A DNA stretch of 64,000 bases from an uncultured Bifidobacteriaceae bacterium (GTDB taxonomy: Bacteria > Actinomycetota > Actinomycetes > Actinomycetales > Bifidobacteriaceae): positions 472 through 64,471 of the forward strand of contig CAMXYK010000005.1 in assembly GCA_947253155.1 (NCBI GenBank), read 5' to 3'. This document shows positions 16,851 to 26,282 of the stretch, one piece after another (position 1 is the first letter of the stretch; the number at the start of each line of letters is the position of its first letter). Under the pieces are notes generated by a model. That model was not told where the DNA came from, searched no databases, and saw nothing but the letters and a program-made list of their open reading frames with translations. The translations under genes were made by a program, and so were the position numbers.

Positions 16851-19817
16851 TTATTTGCTGTGCTTGCCGATGCGCGTGCGTTTAAGCGAAAGTGCTCCGA
16901 AAGCTGACATCAAGAACGCTAATCCAGCACCTGCAATGGTTGATGTTTCAGAGCCAGTGCGAGCAAGCGGTTCGTGTGTTTGCGGAGTTGGCGCTTCTTT
17001 CACAGTCTTTTCTTGCTCTGGTTCTGGTTCTTGTTCTGGTTTCGGTTCCGAAATTATAGGCACTGGGATAGGCTCAAATTTTGGAATTGGAACAGGAATT
17101 GGCTCCGGCTCGGTAGTTGGAACAGGAGTTGGTTCTGGTTCCGGCTCTGGAATTGGAACAGGAGTTGGTTCTGGTTCCGGCTTAGGCGGTTCGGGTTGCG
17201 GTGTTGGTGGAACAACAGGTGGTTTTGGTGGTTCCGGTTTTGGTGGTTCCGGTTTTGGTGGTTCCGGCTTCGGCTTCGTAACCCTGAACAATGCGTTTAT
17301 AAACACTACGTGGCTCGGTTTACCCTTCTCATGCAGCGTTATACCGTCCTCATATGTGTACGTTGGCGTCACCTTTTGATCAAGAATGATTGGTAAATTG
17401 TCAAGCTTCGAGCCATTTGTATTATAAGAATCTCCATCTTGAGCGTCTGCGTCTGCTGTAAATGTGATTGAATAATCTCTATGCAACGTATATGCCGTCT
17501 TCATTTCAACCACAGTTGTCTTACCGTTACGGACAAGCATAACTTTATTTAAGCTTACTTCTTTTGGCTCTTGATCCAGCACCTTCATAAACTCATCGGT
17601 AATTTCATTGCCTATACTATAATCTGCGTTCAACAGATAGAACCTAAGCTTGATAGTCTTTTTTTCGCCCGGCTTGAAATAAGCAGGTATCCCATAAATA
17701 CCGTCGTTATATTCACCTATTACTGTTTTGCTGACGTTATCATCACCAAGATCGCTAAGCTTATATGGCTGACCTGTTCTAGGGTTGGTTGCAGTAGTAC
17801 TGGAAGTGGTGGATTGAGTGGTCGGTTGCACAAGTTTCTCATTTACTTCTGTGCCTTCGTTATTTGTGTTCTTTACAATTGTAATAGAGTTAGTTGCAAC
17901 ATATAAAAACATCGTACCGTTTAGGCTCTTATACGTCGCAACATATATAGGATACGTGCGGCTAGTTTCGTCTTTTTTCCAATCGGTAACCTTAGCTGTA
18001 CCTGAAAAAGTGCCACTCTCTGAATTAAACTTAACGCCGTTTGGCAAATCTCCAGCCACAATGTAATTCAATGAACCTGACGCAGAGCTTACAGCTACAT
18101 TACCGATGCGTTTATTCTTATCTGAAATAACCAGTACCTTTTTGTGACTATCCTCGTCTTTGTAGATGAAAACAGGAGTCTCTTGATATTTTGTGATTTT
18201 TCCTGTGTTGTCAATCGTTTGCAATTTAAGATGACTTACTCGTGCAATAACACTTGTATTGTCGGATAAGCCTTCATAAAACAGTGCATCGAAACGCCCT
18301 GTAGTAGAATTGTAAGTAACTTTGCTTTTATCAATGCCCTTCGGCAAATCGTCGCTTAAAATTCGCCAACGCAACGTTTTATCCGCCGACAATCCAGTTG
18401 ATACAACATTGTCAGGAGTGTCACTAAAGAGTTGAGCTTCGTCAGGTTTAGGCTGAGGTTTTGGCTTACCTGCGATATAGCTGGTATATGGTTTAAGAGT
18501 AAGATAATCTGCTGTGTTATACATTGTGACTTGAGCGAGATATAGCGGATATTCTCGCATAGTCTCGTTTTCTTGCCAATCGTTAATTTCTGGATTTCCT
18601 TCGAAAGTTCCTTTACTAAGATTGTACTTAACGCCCTTTGGAAGTTTACCTCCTATTTGCTGCAAGATGCTGCATTGAGTATAGTCATATTGTTTCGACC
18701 ATACCTTGTTATGCAATGCGTTCTCAAAATTAGCTTTTTCTTTTGCATCCTTAAAGAACCAAGGAGTATTTTCAAGATTTTCAGTTACTGGAACTGTATC
18801 GTTCATGCCCATTGTTTGAAGCGTAATTCCTATAAAACGCTTTGCAACAACGCTTGGAGCTCTATTGTTTATTGGCGGCACAGTATTATCAATGATTTTG
18901 GTTTTGAGTATGTGTGCGTCAGGATCGTAGTCAAGGAACTTGCTGCAGTATTCTTGCTCATCTATTGATGGTGAGTCGTTGTTGCTTAACACTCTCCAAC
19001 GAACATAATTACCGCTTTTGTCGGTTGCAAGGCCTGCTGATAATTCGTTCCGATTAAATTCGAATGGCTTTGGTTCAGGCTTATGATTCTCCGAGCCTGC
19101 AGTTTTAAATGTTGGAATAACCTCTTCTTGGAGTTGCTTCCCATTCTTGTCATACATACGAAGTCCCTTGACGCGAATAATAGCGTTAGGATGTTCGCGC
19201 GCTGCGCTCTCGCGCCACTTGAACGTGTAGCTATAATCTGAGTTACGCGTTATAGCACTGCCATATGCAAGTTCGTATTTGTCTCCGTTCTTATATTCGA
19301 CGGATATATACTCATAATTATCATTGCAAGGGCCGTATTTCTTCGATTCGGCTAACGTAATCTCTTTATCGCCGCGCATGAACTTTGGTTTAATGGTAAC
19401 TGCTACACCCGGTTCTACCACTGTCATTTGAGGATATGAAACAGTTTCTTTATCAGACGCTACGTTTTCTCCTGTAGCTGCCTTTTCTGTAGTAGCTTCG
19501 ATATCTGTAGTCTTAGTAGTTGTAGTAGATGGAGTTGCACTGCGGTATTCTGCAATGCTGGTTTTATCTTCGCGAGATTTATTATCTTCTGTTTTATCGT
19601 TGCTAGTTTTATTTTCGTTAGCTTTATTATTGCTGGCTTTGGTGCTATTTTCTAAAGCATTTTGATTAGTGAGATTGGCAGGGGGGGGGGTAGTTGTTTT
19701 TATGTTACTTGCATTAGTGTCAGCAGCGTAAGCGGTTTGGCTCATGCACACTGCGCAAGCTGCAGTCGCAATACCCATCATGGTTGAAGTCAGAATTATT
19801 TTTGTTGCCTTATTCAT
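16851..19817 (-). CDS. Sortase-anchored surface protein with Ig-like repeats and Pro/Glu stalk
   Basis: Signal peptide ending AYA; two LPxGVx(Y/F)N..GTFxG segments; PEPPK/PEP repeats; LARTG (16953-16967), TM helix and basic tail. Confidence 0.85.
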   Translation of the reverse strand: MNKATKIILTSTMMGIATAACAVCMSQTAYAADTNASNIKTTTPPPANLTNQNALENSTKASNNKANENKTSNDKTEDNKSREDKTSIAEYRSATPSTTTTKTTDIEATTEKAATGENVASDKETVSYPQMTVVEPGVAVTIKPKFMRGDKEITLAESKKYGPCNDNYEYISVEYKNGDKYELAYGSAITRNSDYSYTFKWRESAAREHPNAIIRVKGLRMYDKNGKQLQEEVIPTFKTAGSENHKPEPKPFEFNRNELSAGLATDKSGNYVRWRVLSNNDSPSIDEQEYCSKFLDYDPDAHILKTKIIDNTVPPINNRAPSVVAKRFIGITLQTMGMNDTVPVTENLENTPWFFKDAKEKANFENALHNKVWSKQYDYTQCSILQQIGGKLPKGVKYNLSKGTFEGNPEINDWQENETMREYPLYLAQVTMYNTADYLTLKPYTSYIAGKPKPQPKPDEAQLFSDTPDNVVSTGLSADKTLRWRILSDDLPKGIDKSKVTYNSTTGRFDALFYEGLSDNTSVIARVSHLKLQTIDNTGKITKYQETPVFIYKDEDSHKKVLVISDKNKRIGNVAVSSASGSLNYIVAGDLPNGVKFNSESGTFSGTAKVTDWKKDETSRTYPIYVATYKSLNGTMFLYVATNSITIVKNTNNEGTEVNEKLVQPTTQSTTSSTTATNPRTGQPYKLSDLGDDNVSKTVIGEYNDGIYGIPAYFKPGEKKTIKLRFYLLNADYSIGNEITDEFMKVLDQEPKEVSLNKVMLVRNGKTTVVEMKTAYTLHRDYSITFTADADAQDGDSYNTNGSKLDNLPIILDQKVTPTYTYEDGITLHEKGKPSHVVFINALFRVTKPKPEPPKPEPPKPEPPKPPVVPPTPQPEPPKPEPEPTPVPIPEPEPEPTPVPTTEPEPIPVPIPKFEPIPVPIISEPKPEQEPEPEQEKTVKEAPTPQTHEPLARTGSETSTIAGAGLAFLMSAFGALSLKRTRIGKHSK
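19681..19690 (-). repeat. C10 homopolymer in the 5' coding region
   Basis: G10 on the plus strand; reads ACC CCC CCC CCT, in frame. Confidence 0.9.
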
Positions 19818-19954
19818 AAAACACCCAACTCTCTAATCAACTAACTAATCAAGTAACTATCTATCTAGCTGCTTAAATAAACTTTTGTTATTTTGTTTAA
19901 AAATATAACAAATATACAATTGCACATTACATTATAACAATCTTAATAAAAAAT

Positions 19955-19992
19955 AAAAGTGTTTATTGATAATTTTATCAATAAACACTTTT
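19955..19992 (-). terminator. Terminator downstream of the antiporter gene
   Basis: AAAAGTGTTTATTGATA/TATCAATAAACACTTTT stem followed by a T-rich tract on the minus strand. Confidence 0.65.
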
Positions 19993-20095
19993 GCGTTTCG
20001 AAAGGCCTAATCTCTATTAAATATTCAACTAAATATTCAACTAAAACATTTAGCTAAATAATACGAGATATCGGAAACTACTCGGGAATAATCTG

Positions 20096-21445
20096 CTAAA
20101 TAAACTGCGAAATAACAATGCCGGCAGTCATAAGCGGAATATTGAAAATAAGGAACGTTGGAACGCAAGTATCCCAAATATGACTGTGCTGGCCGTCCGC
20201 GTTTAAGCCGGCAGTAGGTCCGAGTGTAGTATCGGAAGCAGGGGAGCCTGCGTCGCCAAGAGCTGCAGCGGAAGACATAAGAAGAATCGTTGCAGGAGTG
20301 CTAAAACCAATGCTCTGGCAAAGAGGCACGAACAAAACAGCAAGAATAGGAACAGTGCCAAACGAAGTTCCAATGCCCATAGTTACAAGCAAACCAATAA
20401 TCGTAATCACAAACGCAGCAACAAGCTTGTTCTGACCCATAGATGCAACACCTAAGTGCACAAGCTCCTCAACTCCGCCTGTTGCTTGAATCACGTTAGC
20501 GTAGCCGCCGGCAATAAGCATAACGAAAGCAATAAGACCCATAAGCTTAACGCCGCCCATAAGCTGCTTGTCGATATCGTTCCACTTTATTGCGCCAAAA
20601 ATAATCATCGTTGCAAGACCTGCAAGAGAAGAAAGCGAAAGATCCTTACTAATAACTTGCACTACTACAACAACAATAATCGCAAGAATAGTTACGTAAT
20701 GTGCTTTAGTAAGAGGGCCAACAACAGCGTCAGCAGCACGAGTATCAGCTTCGTTGGTTTCGTATTCGCGAGGCTTGCGGTATAGCACAAAAACTGCAAA
20801 CAGTAAGGCTGCGAGCATTGCGGCACCTAAATACCAGTTCACAGCGCTAACGTCTGCAACGCTAACCTTCATGCCGTTTTTAGAAAGATTCGTAGCAATA
20901 ACAGTTTGGAAAATTAAGCCGAATCCAAACGGAATTGCAATGTACGGAACTTCAAGACCAAAAGCTGTGCAGCAGGCAGCTGCTCGGCGATCAATCTTAA
21001 GTTTGTTCATAACTTGCAAAATCGGCGGAATAAGAATAGGAATGTAAGCAATGTGAACTGGCACAATATTTTGAGACATGCACGCAATTACTGTTAAAAC
21101 AGCAAGAAGAATGAATTTGTTAGTGCCAATAATTTTGCTAATTTTTTTAGAAATAATTTGAGCCAAACCGGTTGCTGTAATTGCTTCTGCAAAAGTACCA
21201 AGCAAAATGTAGGCGAGTGCAGTTTGTGCGTTGGTAGAGAAACCGTCGCAAAGCAACGCCATAATCGTGTGATTCCCATCTCCAAAAAGCGGAAGATGGC
21301 CGGCAATGCCACCTGCAACGCAAGCTACTATCATTGATAGTAAAACATTAAGTTTTGCAAGACTAAGTGCGCATAGCACTACAACCGACACAATAACCGG
21401 ATTAAATATAATATTTAAAATTTGCAAACTTGGCATGCCGTTCAC
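20096..21445 (-). CDS. NhaC/YuiF-family transporter, probable amino-acid permease (start may be ATG 21436)
   Basis: SQNIVPVHIAYIPILIPP, MGIGTSFGT, GDAGSPASDTTLGPT, HIWDTCVPTF. Confidence 0.75.
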   Translation of the reverse strand: MNGMPSLQILNIIFNPVIVSVVVLCALSLAKLNVLLSMIVACVAGGIAGHLPLFGDGNHTIMALLCDGFSTNAQTALAYILLGTFAEAITATGLAQIISKKISKIIGTNKFILLAVLTVIACMSQNIVPVHIAYIPILIPPILQVMNKLKIDRRAAACCTAFGLEVPYIAIPFGFGLIFQTVIATNLSKNGMKVSVADVSAVNWYLGAAMLAALLFAVFVLYRKPREYETNEADTRAADAVVGPLTKAHYVTILAIIVVVVVQVISKDLSLSSLAGLATMIIFGAIKWNDIDKQLMGGVKLMGLIAFVMLIAGGYANVIQATGGVEELVHLGVASMGQNKLVAAFVITIIGLLVTMGIGTSFGTVPILAVLFVPLCQSIGFSTPATILLMSSAAALGDAGSPASDTTLGPTAGLNADGQHSHIWDTCVPTFLIFNIPLMTAGIVISQFI

Positions 21446-22009
21446 CCCTTTAAATGCTTGAATTTAATATATTCTTTGAAGTAATACGTTTTATTTCGTA
21501 TTGCCTACGTTTTTATTTTTTGCATATGTATTCTTACATATGTATTTCTTACATTTAGTAATTAAAGACAATATAGCATGGAAGTATTTACAACTTGTTT
21601 CTTAAGTAAATATAGAGTATAAACAACTAAATAAAAAATTTAGAGTAGCTTAACAATTGTTTACCCAAAAGAGTACGCTGAAGTGTGTTAGGTGAGGAAT
21701 TAATAAAATCACCGGATGCTCGGTTTTACACCGTTTTATTGCAACATTGCAACGTGAGTTTATCGCGAGAAATAGCGGTAAAGCAATGTGAAAATTAAAA
21801 ATTGTTTTGCTAATTGTGAAGATCTAAAAATAAACAATAAACAATAAACAACAAACTAAAAAACTAAAAAACTAAAAAACTAAAAAACTAAAAATTGAAA
21901 ATAGTTATTTAGAGTATTTAGAGTATTTAGAGTAAGGAGGAATGCCTGGCGCTCTAAGTAAAAAAGATATTACGACATATCGTAATTCCAAGCGTCAAAC
22001 ATACAAATT

Positions 22010-22777
22010 ATGAAAGATAGTAAAACACTTTTAGAAGCTAAAGAATTAGGCTTACAAATATTTAGAAGAACACCATTTTGGGACGTATCGTTAAAAGTAG
22101 AGCCTCATCAAATCGTTGCAATATCAGGTGAACACGGCTCTGGAAAATCAGCTTTGCTGCTTGCACTGTCTGGTTATATGAAATTTACGAACGGAACTCT
22201 TACTATTGCGGACTCAACTCTTCCTAACGATTTTAAAGAATCACGTAAATATGTGGGATTGGGATTATTCAACGGAATTAACGAATTCTACAAAACGCAA
22301 ACAATAGAAGAAGTTTTGATGAGCGAGCTAAAACTCGCATCATCTTCGCCACTATTTCGAGAACAGTATAAAAATGATGTAAAAAATCGCGAAGCGTTAC
22401 GACAATACGCATACAATCTTCTTGCGCAGTGGAAGGTATTTTCTCCTCACAAAACAGCAATAGGAGAGTTAACGCCATGCGAACGCATGCGTTTGGCAAT
22501 TGCGTTGGCTTTGCTAAAAAAGCCGTGGCTACTATTTGTTGATGGAATTGAGACGGAGCTTACTAGCGAGCAAAGTGAATGCTTGCTTGCAGACATTCGC
22601 GAATACGTTAGTAAAAACTACTGCTCTTGCCTTGTTGGAGTTTTACAAAGTGAGTTAGAAAAGCAAGTTGATCAAGTCTTAAGACTCATGCCAAATAATG
22701 AGAAAGCAGAAAATTCTCGTACTGATTCTCAGCTTGGTGAGCGTAAAGCAAATGGTGGTGAAAACAATGCGCGTTAA
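22010..22777 (+). CDS. Degenerate ABC-type ATP-binding protein
   Basis: Walker A GEHGSGKS; signature LTPCE; Walker B LLFVDG; overlaps the YhgE/Pip start. Confidence 0.7.
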   Translation: MKDSKTLLEAKELGLQIFRRTPFWDVSLKVEPHQIVAISGEHGSGKSALLLALSGYMKFTNGTLTIADSTLPNDFKESRKYVGLGLFNGINEFYKTQTIEEVLMSELKLASSSPLFREQYKNDVKNREALRQYAYNLLAQWKVFSPHKTAIGELTPCERMRLAIALALLKKPWLLFVDGIETELTSEQSECLLADIREYVSKNYCSCLVGVLQSELEKQVDQVLRLMPNNEKAENSRTDSQLGERKANGGENNAR

Positions 22778-24845
22778 TACTATTGCTCTTGCATTTCGTG
22801 AGCTTAATAATGCTATAAAAGGAAAAGCTCGAAAGCTTGTTATTGGAACCGTAGCTTTGATTCCACTTTTATACGGATCGCTTTACTTATGGGCATTTAC
22901 AAATCCTTATAAGACTTTGGATACTGTGCCTGTGGCTGTTGTTGTTGAAGACAATGGCGCTATGATTAACGGCAAAATGCGAAACATTGGAAACGAAATC
23001 AAAACTCGTTTAAAGAATCAAAAAGACGGTAGTGAAGGTTTCCAATGGAATTTTGTAAATAGTGCTGAAGCAAATAAGGGCCTTAAAAATGGCAATTATT
23101 TTATGGTAGCAACTATTCCAGCTTCCTTCAGTAAGTGCATTGCTTCCGCGCAATACGATACTCCAACTAAAGCAAAACTTCACGTAAAGTACGATCAAGC
23201 AAGCAATATGCTGGCTTCACAAATTGGTAAAACTGCTTTCCGCACTATGCGTACTGAGATTAGCGAGGCGATTGCTCAAGAGTATTGGGAGCACATGTTT
23301 GCGAAAGTTAATTCAGCTTCCGATTCTCTTGGTGCTGCTGCAAACGGTGCTGGAGCATTGCATGAAGGTTCAAAGTCTTTGCAAGGCGGAATAAATAAGC
23401 TTGCAGATGGGTCGAATAAACTTTCGCAATCTTTGCAAAAACTTCAAGGCGGATTAGGGGAGCTTCAAAAAGGTGCGAATACGCTAACTGAAGCCAATGC
23501 TCGTAGCAAAGAAGGAGCTCAATATCTTGCACAAAAAACGCAAGATTTAGCAAACGGAGCTCAACAGTTAAGCGAAGGAACGCAAAGGCTATCGGCAGCG
23601 ACAAGCGAATTCTATGAAGGAGCTCAAAAGCTTGCAGCTTCAAGCAACGAATTAGAAGAACATGTTAAAGCTGGAAACGCTGAAACAAAAGCACAAATTA
23701 CTGGTCTTCTTATGCAAGCGCAAAACCCAGCAGTAACAAAGGAAGACGTGCTTGCTAATCTGCAAAGTTTGGCAGAAGGATTAGGCGAAAATTCTAATCT
23801 TCTAGAAACAAATCTTTCTGCTTTAAGCGCTGGAGCAGACAGGCTTTCTGCAGGAAGCTTGCAAATAAAGGGCGGTGCTGACGCTCTTATGCAAGGCATG
23901 GAGAAAGTTAATGTTGGTTCAAATAAGTTAGCTGCTGGCACAAATAAGCTTGCTGACGGTTTGGCTCAAGTAAGTAACGGTAGCGAGAAACTAAATAGTG
24001 GCGTGAATGAAGCTGCACAAGGTTCTGCGAAAATAGTGAACGGTTCTAATCAGCTTAATTCCGGCGCTAAGAAGCTATCGGATAACACTCCAAAGCTTGT
24101 TGATGGTGCTAAGAAATTGCATGACGGGCTTAAAGATGCTCAAAAGTCTGGAAAAGTAAACAGTATTGTTCAAAAAAGTAAGATGATGAGCGCACCAGTT
24201 TCCTTGGAGGAGCACGAGTATTCGCACGTTGAAAACTATGGAACTGGTTTTGCTCCTTACTTTATTTCTATCGCCCTTTGGGTCGGTGCTCTTATGGCAA
24301 CATTCGTTTTGAGAGTTATGGATAGGCGAGCGATACTAAACGGCATGAATCCGCTTAAAAGCGCGCTTATTAGCTTGACGCCGTTTGTGATTATGGGCGT
24401 TGTTCAAGCGATTATTCTTATGGGCGTTGTTCAAGGAGCGTTGAAGTTGCAAATCGATAATGTTGGTGCATTCTACGCGCTGGGGATTATAGCGTCAATA
24501 GTCTTTATGGCAATAATGCAAATGATTATGGTGGTGTTCCGCATGCCAGGGCGAATAGTTGCTATTGTGCTTCTTATGTTGCAAATCACAAGCTCTGCAG
24601 GAACGTTCCCAGTACAAATGACGCCGGCATTCTTTAGAGCTGTTCACCCATATTTGCCAATGACGTACTCGATTATGGGGTTGCGTCAAGCAATGTCTGG
24701 AAAGAACAGTGGTGAAATAGTTTCTGGCATTGGAATGCTTGTGCTTTTCGGTGTTATTGCGATTGCTATAACAAGCATTGCCTTCCGCATGAAGCGTACT
24801 GTAAAAATGTTTGATTTGCATCCTGTAATAACGCTTGATGCGTAA
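22767..24845 (+). CDS. YhgE/Pip family membrane protein
   Basis: IPLLYGSLYLWAFTNPY, VPVAVVVED, heptad L.DG..KL repeats, NYGTGFAPYFISIALWVG, SSAGTFP; GGTGGTG RBS before ATG 22767. Confidence 0.9.
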   Translation: MRVNTIALAFRELNNAIKGKARKLVIGTVALIPLLYGSLYLWAFTNPYKTLDTVPVAVVVEDNGAMINGKMRNIGNEIKTRLKNQKDGSEGFQWNFVNSAEANKGLKNGNYFMVATIPASFSKCIASAQYDTPTKAKLHVKYDQASNMLASQIGKTAFRTMRTEISEAIAQEYWEHMFAKVNSASDSLGAAANGAGALHEGSKSLQGGINKLADGSNKLSQSLQKLQGGLGELQKGANTLTEANARSKEGAQYLAQKTQDLANGAQQLSEGTQRLSAATSEFYEGAQKLAASSNELEEHVKAGNAETKAQITGLLMQAQNPAVTKEDVLANLQSLAEGLGENSNLLETNLSALSAGADRLSAGSLQIKGGADALMQGMEKVNVGSNKLAAGTNKLADGLAQVSNGSEKLNSGVNEAAQGSAKIVNGSNQLNSGAKKLSDNTPKLVDGAKKLHDGLKDAQKSGKVNSIVQKSKMMSAPVSLEEHEYSHVENYGTGFAPYFISIALWVGALMATFVLRVMDRRAILNGMNPLKSALISLTPFVIMGVVQAIILMGVVQGALKLQIDNVGAFYALGIIASIVFMAIMQMIMVVFRMPGRIVAIVLLMLQITSSAGTFPVQMTPAFFRAVHPYLPMTYSIMGLRQAMSGKNSGEIVSGIGMLVLFGVIAIAITSIAFRMKRTVKMFDLHPVITLDA

Positions 24846-24869
24846 GTTTCACATAGTCGCGATAATTAA

Positions 24870-24908
24870 AATCCCCGCAGCTTTTGTTAGTTGCGGGGAT
24901 TATTTTTA
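24870..24908. terminator. Bidirectional intrinsic terminator
   Basis: AATCCCCGCAGC..GTTGCGGGGATT with A and T flanks. Confidence 0.8.
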
Positions 24909-24955
24909 GTGAGATTCGTCTTTTAGTGGAATCTGTTTTTTAGTCAGATTCGATT

Positions 24956-26089
24956 TTAGAAAGTAGATGCGTAGACTTCGGCAATTGCAGATTCGTTCAT
25001 ATGCATGTAGGAATTCTTCAAAAGTCGTTGCTGCTCTTTAACAACGGATGCTGCCCAGCTTTGAATCATGTCTTCGGTCATGCCATACTCGTGAAGCTTG
25101 TGCTTATGAAGAATCGTGTTAAGAACTTCGTCAAGCTTATTTAATACGTCTGTTTTCTGGCATTCAAGAATATTTGACATGAAGTCAAAAAGTTTAGAAA
25201 GCTCAGTGTTTTCGGTGCTGTTGCTGTTTTCTGCGTCGTGCTTAGCGTAGTATCGCAAAACGCTTGTAAGAAGAGCAGCATTAGTTTCGCCATGAGCCAC
25301 GTGGAAAGTGCCACCAAGCGGATAAGCCATCGCGTGAACGCAACCGCAGCCAGCGTTACCAAACGCAATACCAGCGTAAAGACTTGCCGAAATCAAGTCG
25401 CCTACAACTTTGCTTTTTGCACTACTACCTTCCTTCACAACTCGCATATAACTTTGCAAAATAAGCCCGCAAGCCTTGTAACTAAACATTTTTGTAAGCT
25501 CGGTTGCAATAGGAGAAAGTGCGGACTCAATCGAGTGCGTAAGAGCGTCAATAGAGCTGGTTGCAAAAACGTAATCTGGCAGACTCTTCAACAATTCCGG
25601 AATAAGAACCGCGTCCGTAGCGTAGCAAGCATCGTTTGCCAAACCCTTCTTAGTGTTGCGCTTAGTAAGCGAGAACACGGCAACGTTCGTAACTTCGGAT
25701 CCAGTGCCACAAGTAGTTGGCACAAGAATAAGATCCGCGCCTTTTTGCGCAGGAATCTTGCCGTCGACCAAATCCTCAAGCGGGCTTGTTTGCTTCAACG
25801 CGCAAACTTTCGAAATATCCAAAACAGTGCCGCCACCAATGCCAATCACACGCTTCGGGGTAGTGTGAATGTCACTAACGATTGCATCAACCATTGAGTC
25901 GCTCGGCTCGCCCTTGCCATACTTTTCTTGGAAAATCACGTCGCAATCAAGATTCAAATCACCAAAATAAGGCTCCCAAATATACTGGTTTGTAATAACC
26001 AAATCGCCCTTACCAAGCTTAAATTCTTGCGCAAAATCGCGTGCGTGCTCGAACTTATGAATAGTTGGTTTAATAGAAAGCTGCTTCAT
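24956..26089 (-). CDS. Iron-containing alcohol dehydrogenase, 4-hydroxybutyrate dehydrogenase-like
   Basis: FQEKYGKGEPSD, GGGTVLD, PTTCGTGSEVT, DALTHSIES, VHAMAYPLGG..HVAHGE. Confidence 0.8.
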   Translation of the reverse strand: MKQLSIKPTIHKFEHARDFAQEFKLGKGDLVITNQYIWEPYFGDLNLDCDVIFQEKYGKGEPSDSMVDAIVSDIHTTPKRVIGIGGGTVLDISKVCALKQTSPLEDLVDGKIPAQKGADLILVPTTCGTGSEVTNVAVFSLTKRNTKKGLANDACYATDAVLIPELLKSLPDYVFATSSIDALTHSIESALSPIATELTKMFSYKACGLILQSYMRVVKEGSSAKSKVVGDLISASLYAGIAFGNAGCGCVHAMAYPLGGTFHVAHGETNAALLTSVLRYYAKHDAENSNSTENTELSKLFDFMSNILECQKTDVLNKLDEVLNTILHKHKLHEYGMTEDMIQSWAASVVKEQQRLLKNSYMHMNESAIAEVYASTF

Positions 26090-26174
26090 CTAAGACTCCT
26101 TTGTTTTAATCCATGTCTTGCGCTAATAGTGCTAATAGCTCGCGTTGTGTGCGTGCTTTTGTGCGCGGATGATT

Positions 26175-26219
26175 AAAAAACCAAGCAACTGCTCCATTAT
26201 AGAACAGATTGCTTGGTTT
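26175..26219 (-). terminator. nox terminator
   Basis: AAACCAAGCAATC..GTTGCTTGGTTTTTT on the minus strand. Confidence 0.7.
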
Positions 26220-26282
26220 AATAAACGCGATTTAAGCTAATCAGAAAAAGTGATTCAGCCTAAGCTAATCAGCAAAGTCTAA

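Noticed and set aside
16843..17396. Gly/Ser-rich and Trp/Phe-rich plus-strand ORFs
   Set aside because: Antisense shadows of the Pro/Glu stalk of the surface protein
21760..21785. TPP riboswitch suggested by GAGAAATA
   Set aside because: The other conserved TPP elements (CTGAGA context, CCTGA..GGATAATGCC..CGTAGG) are absent
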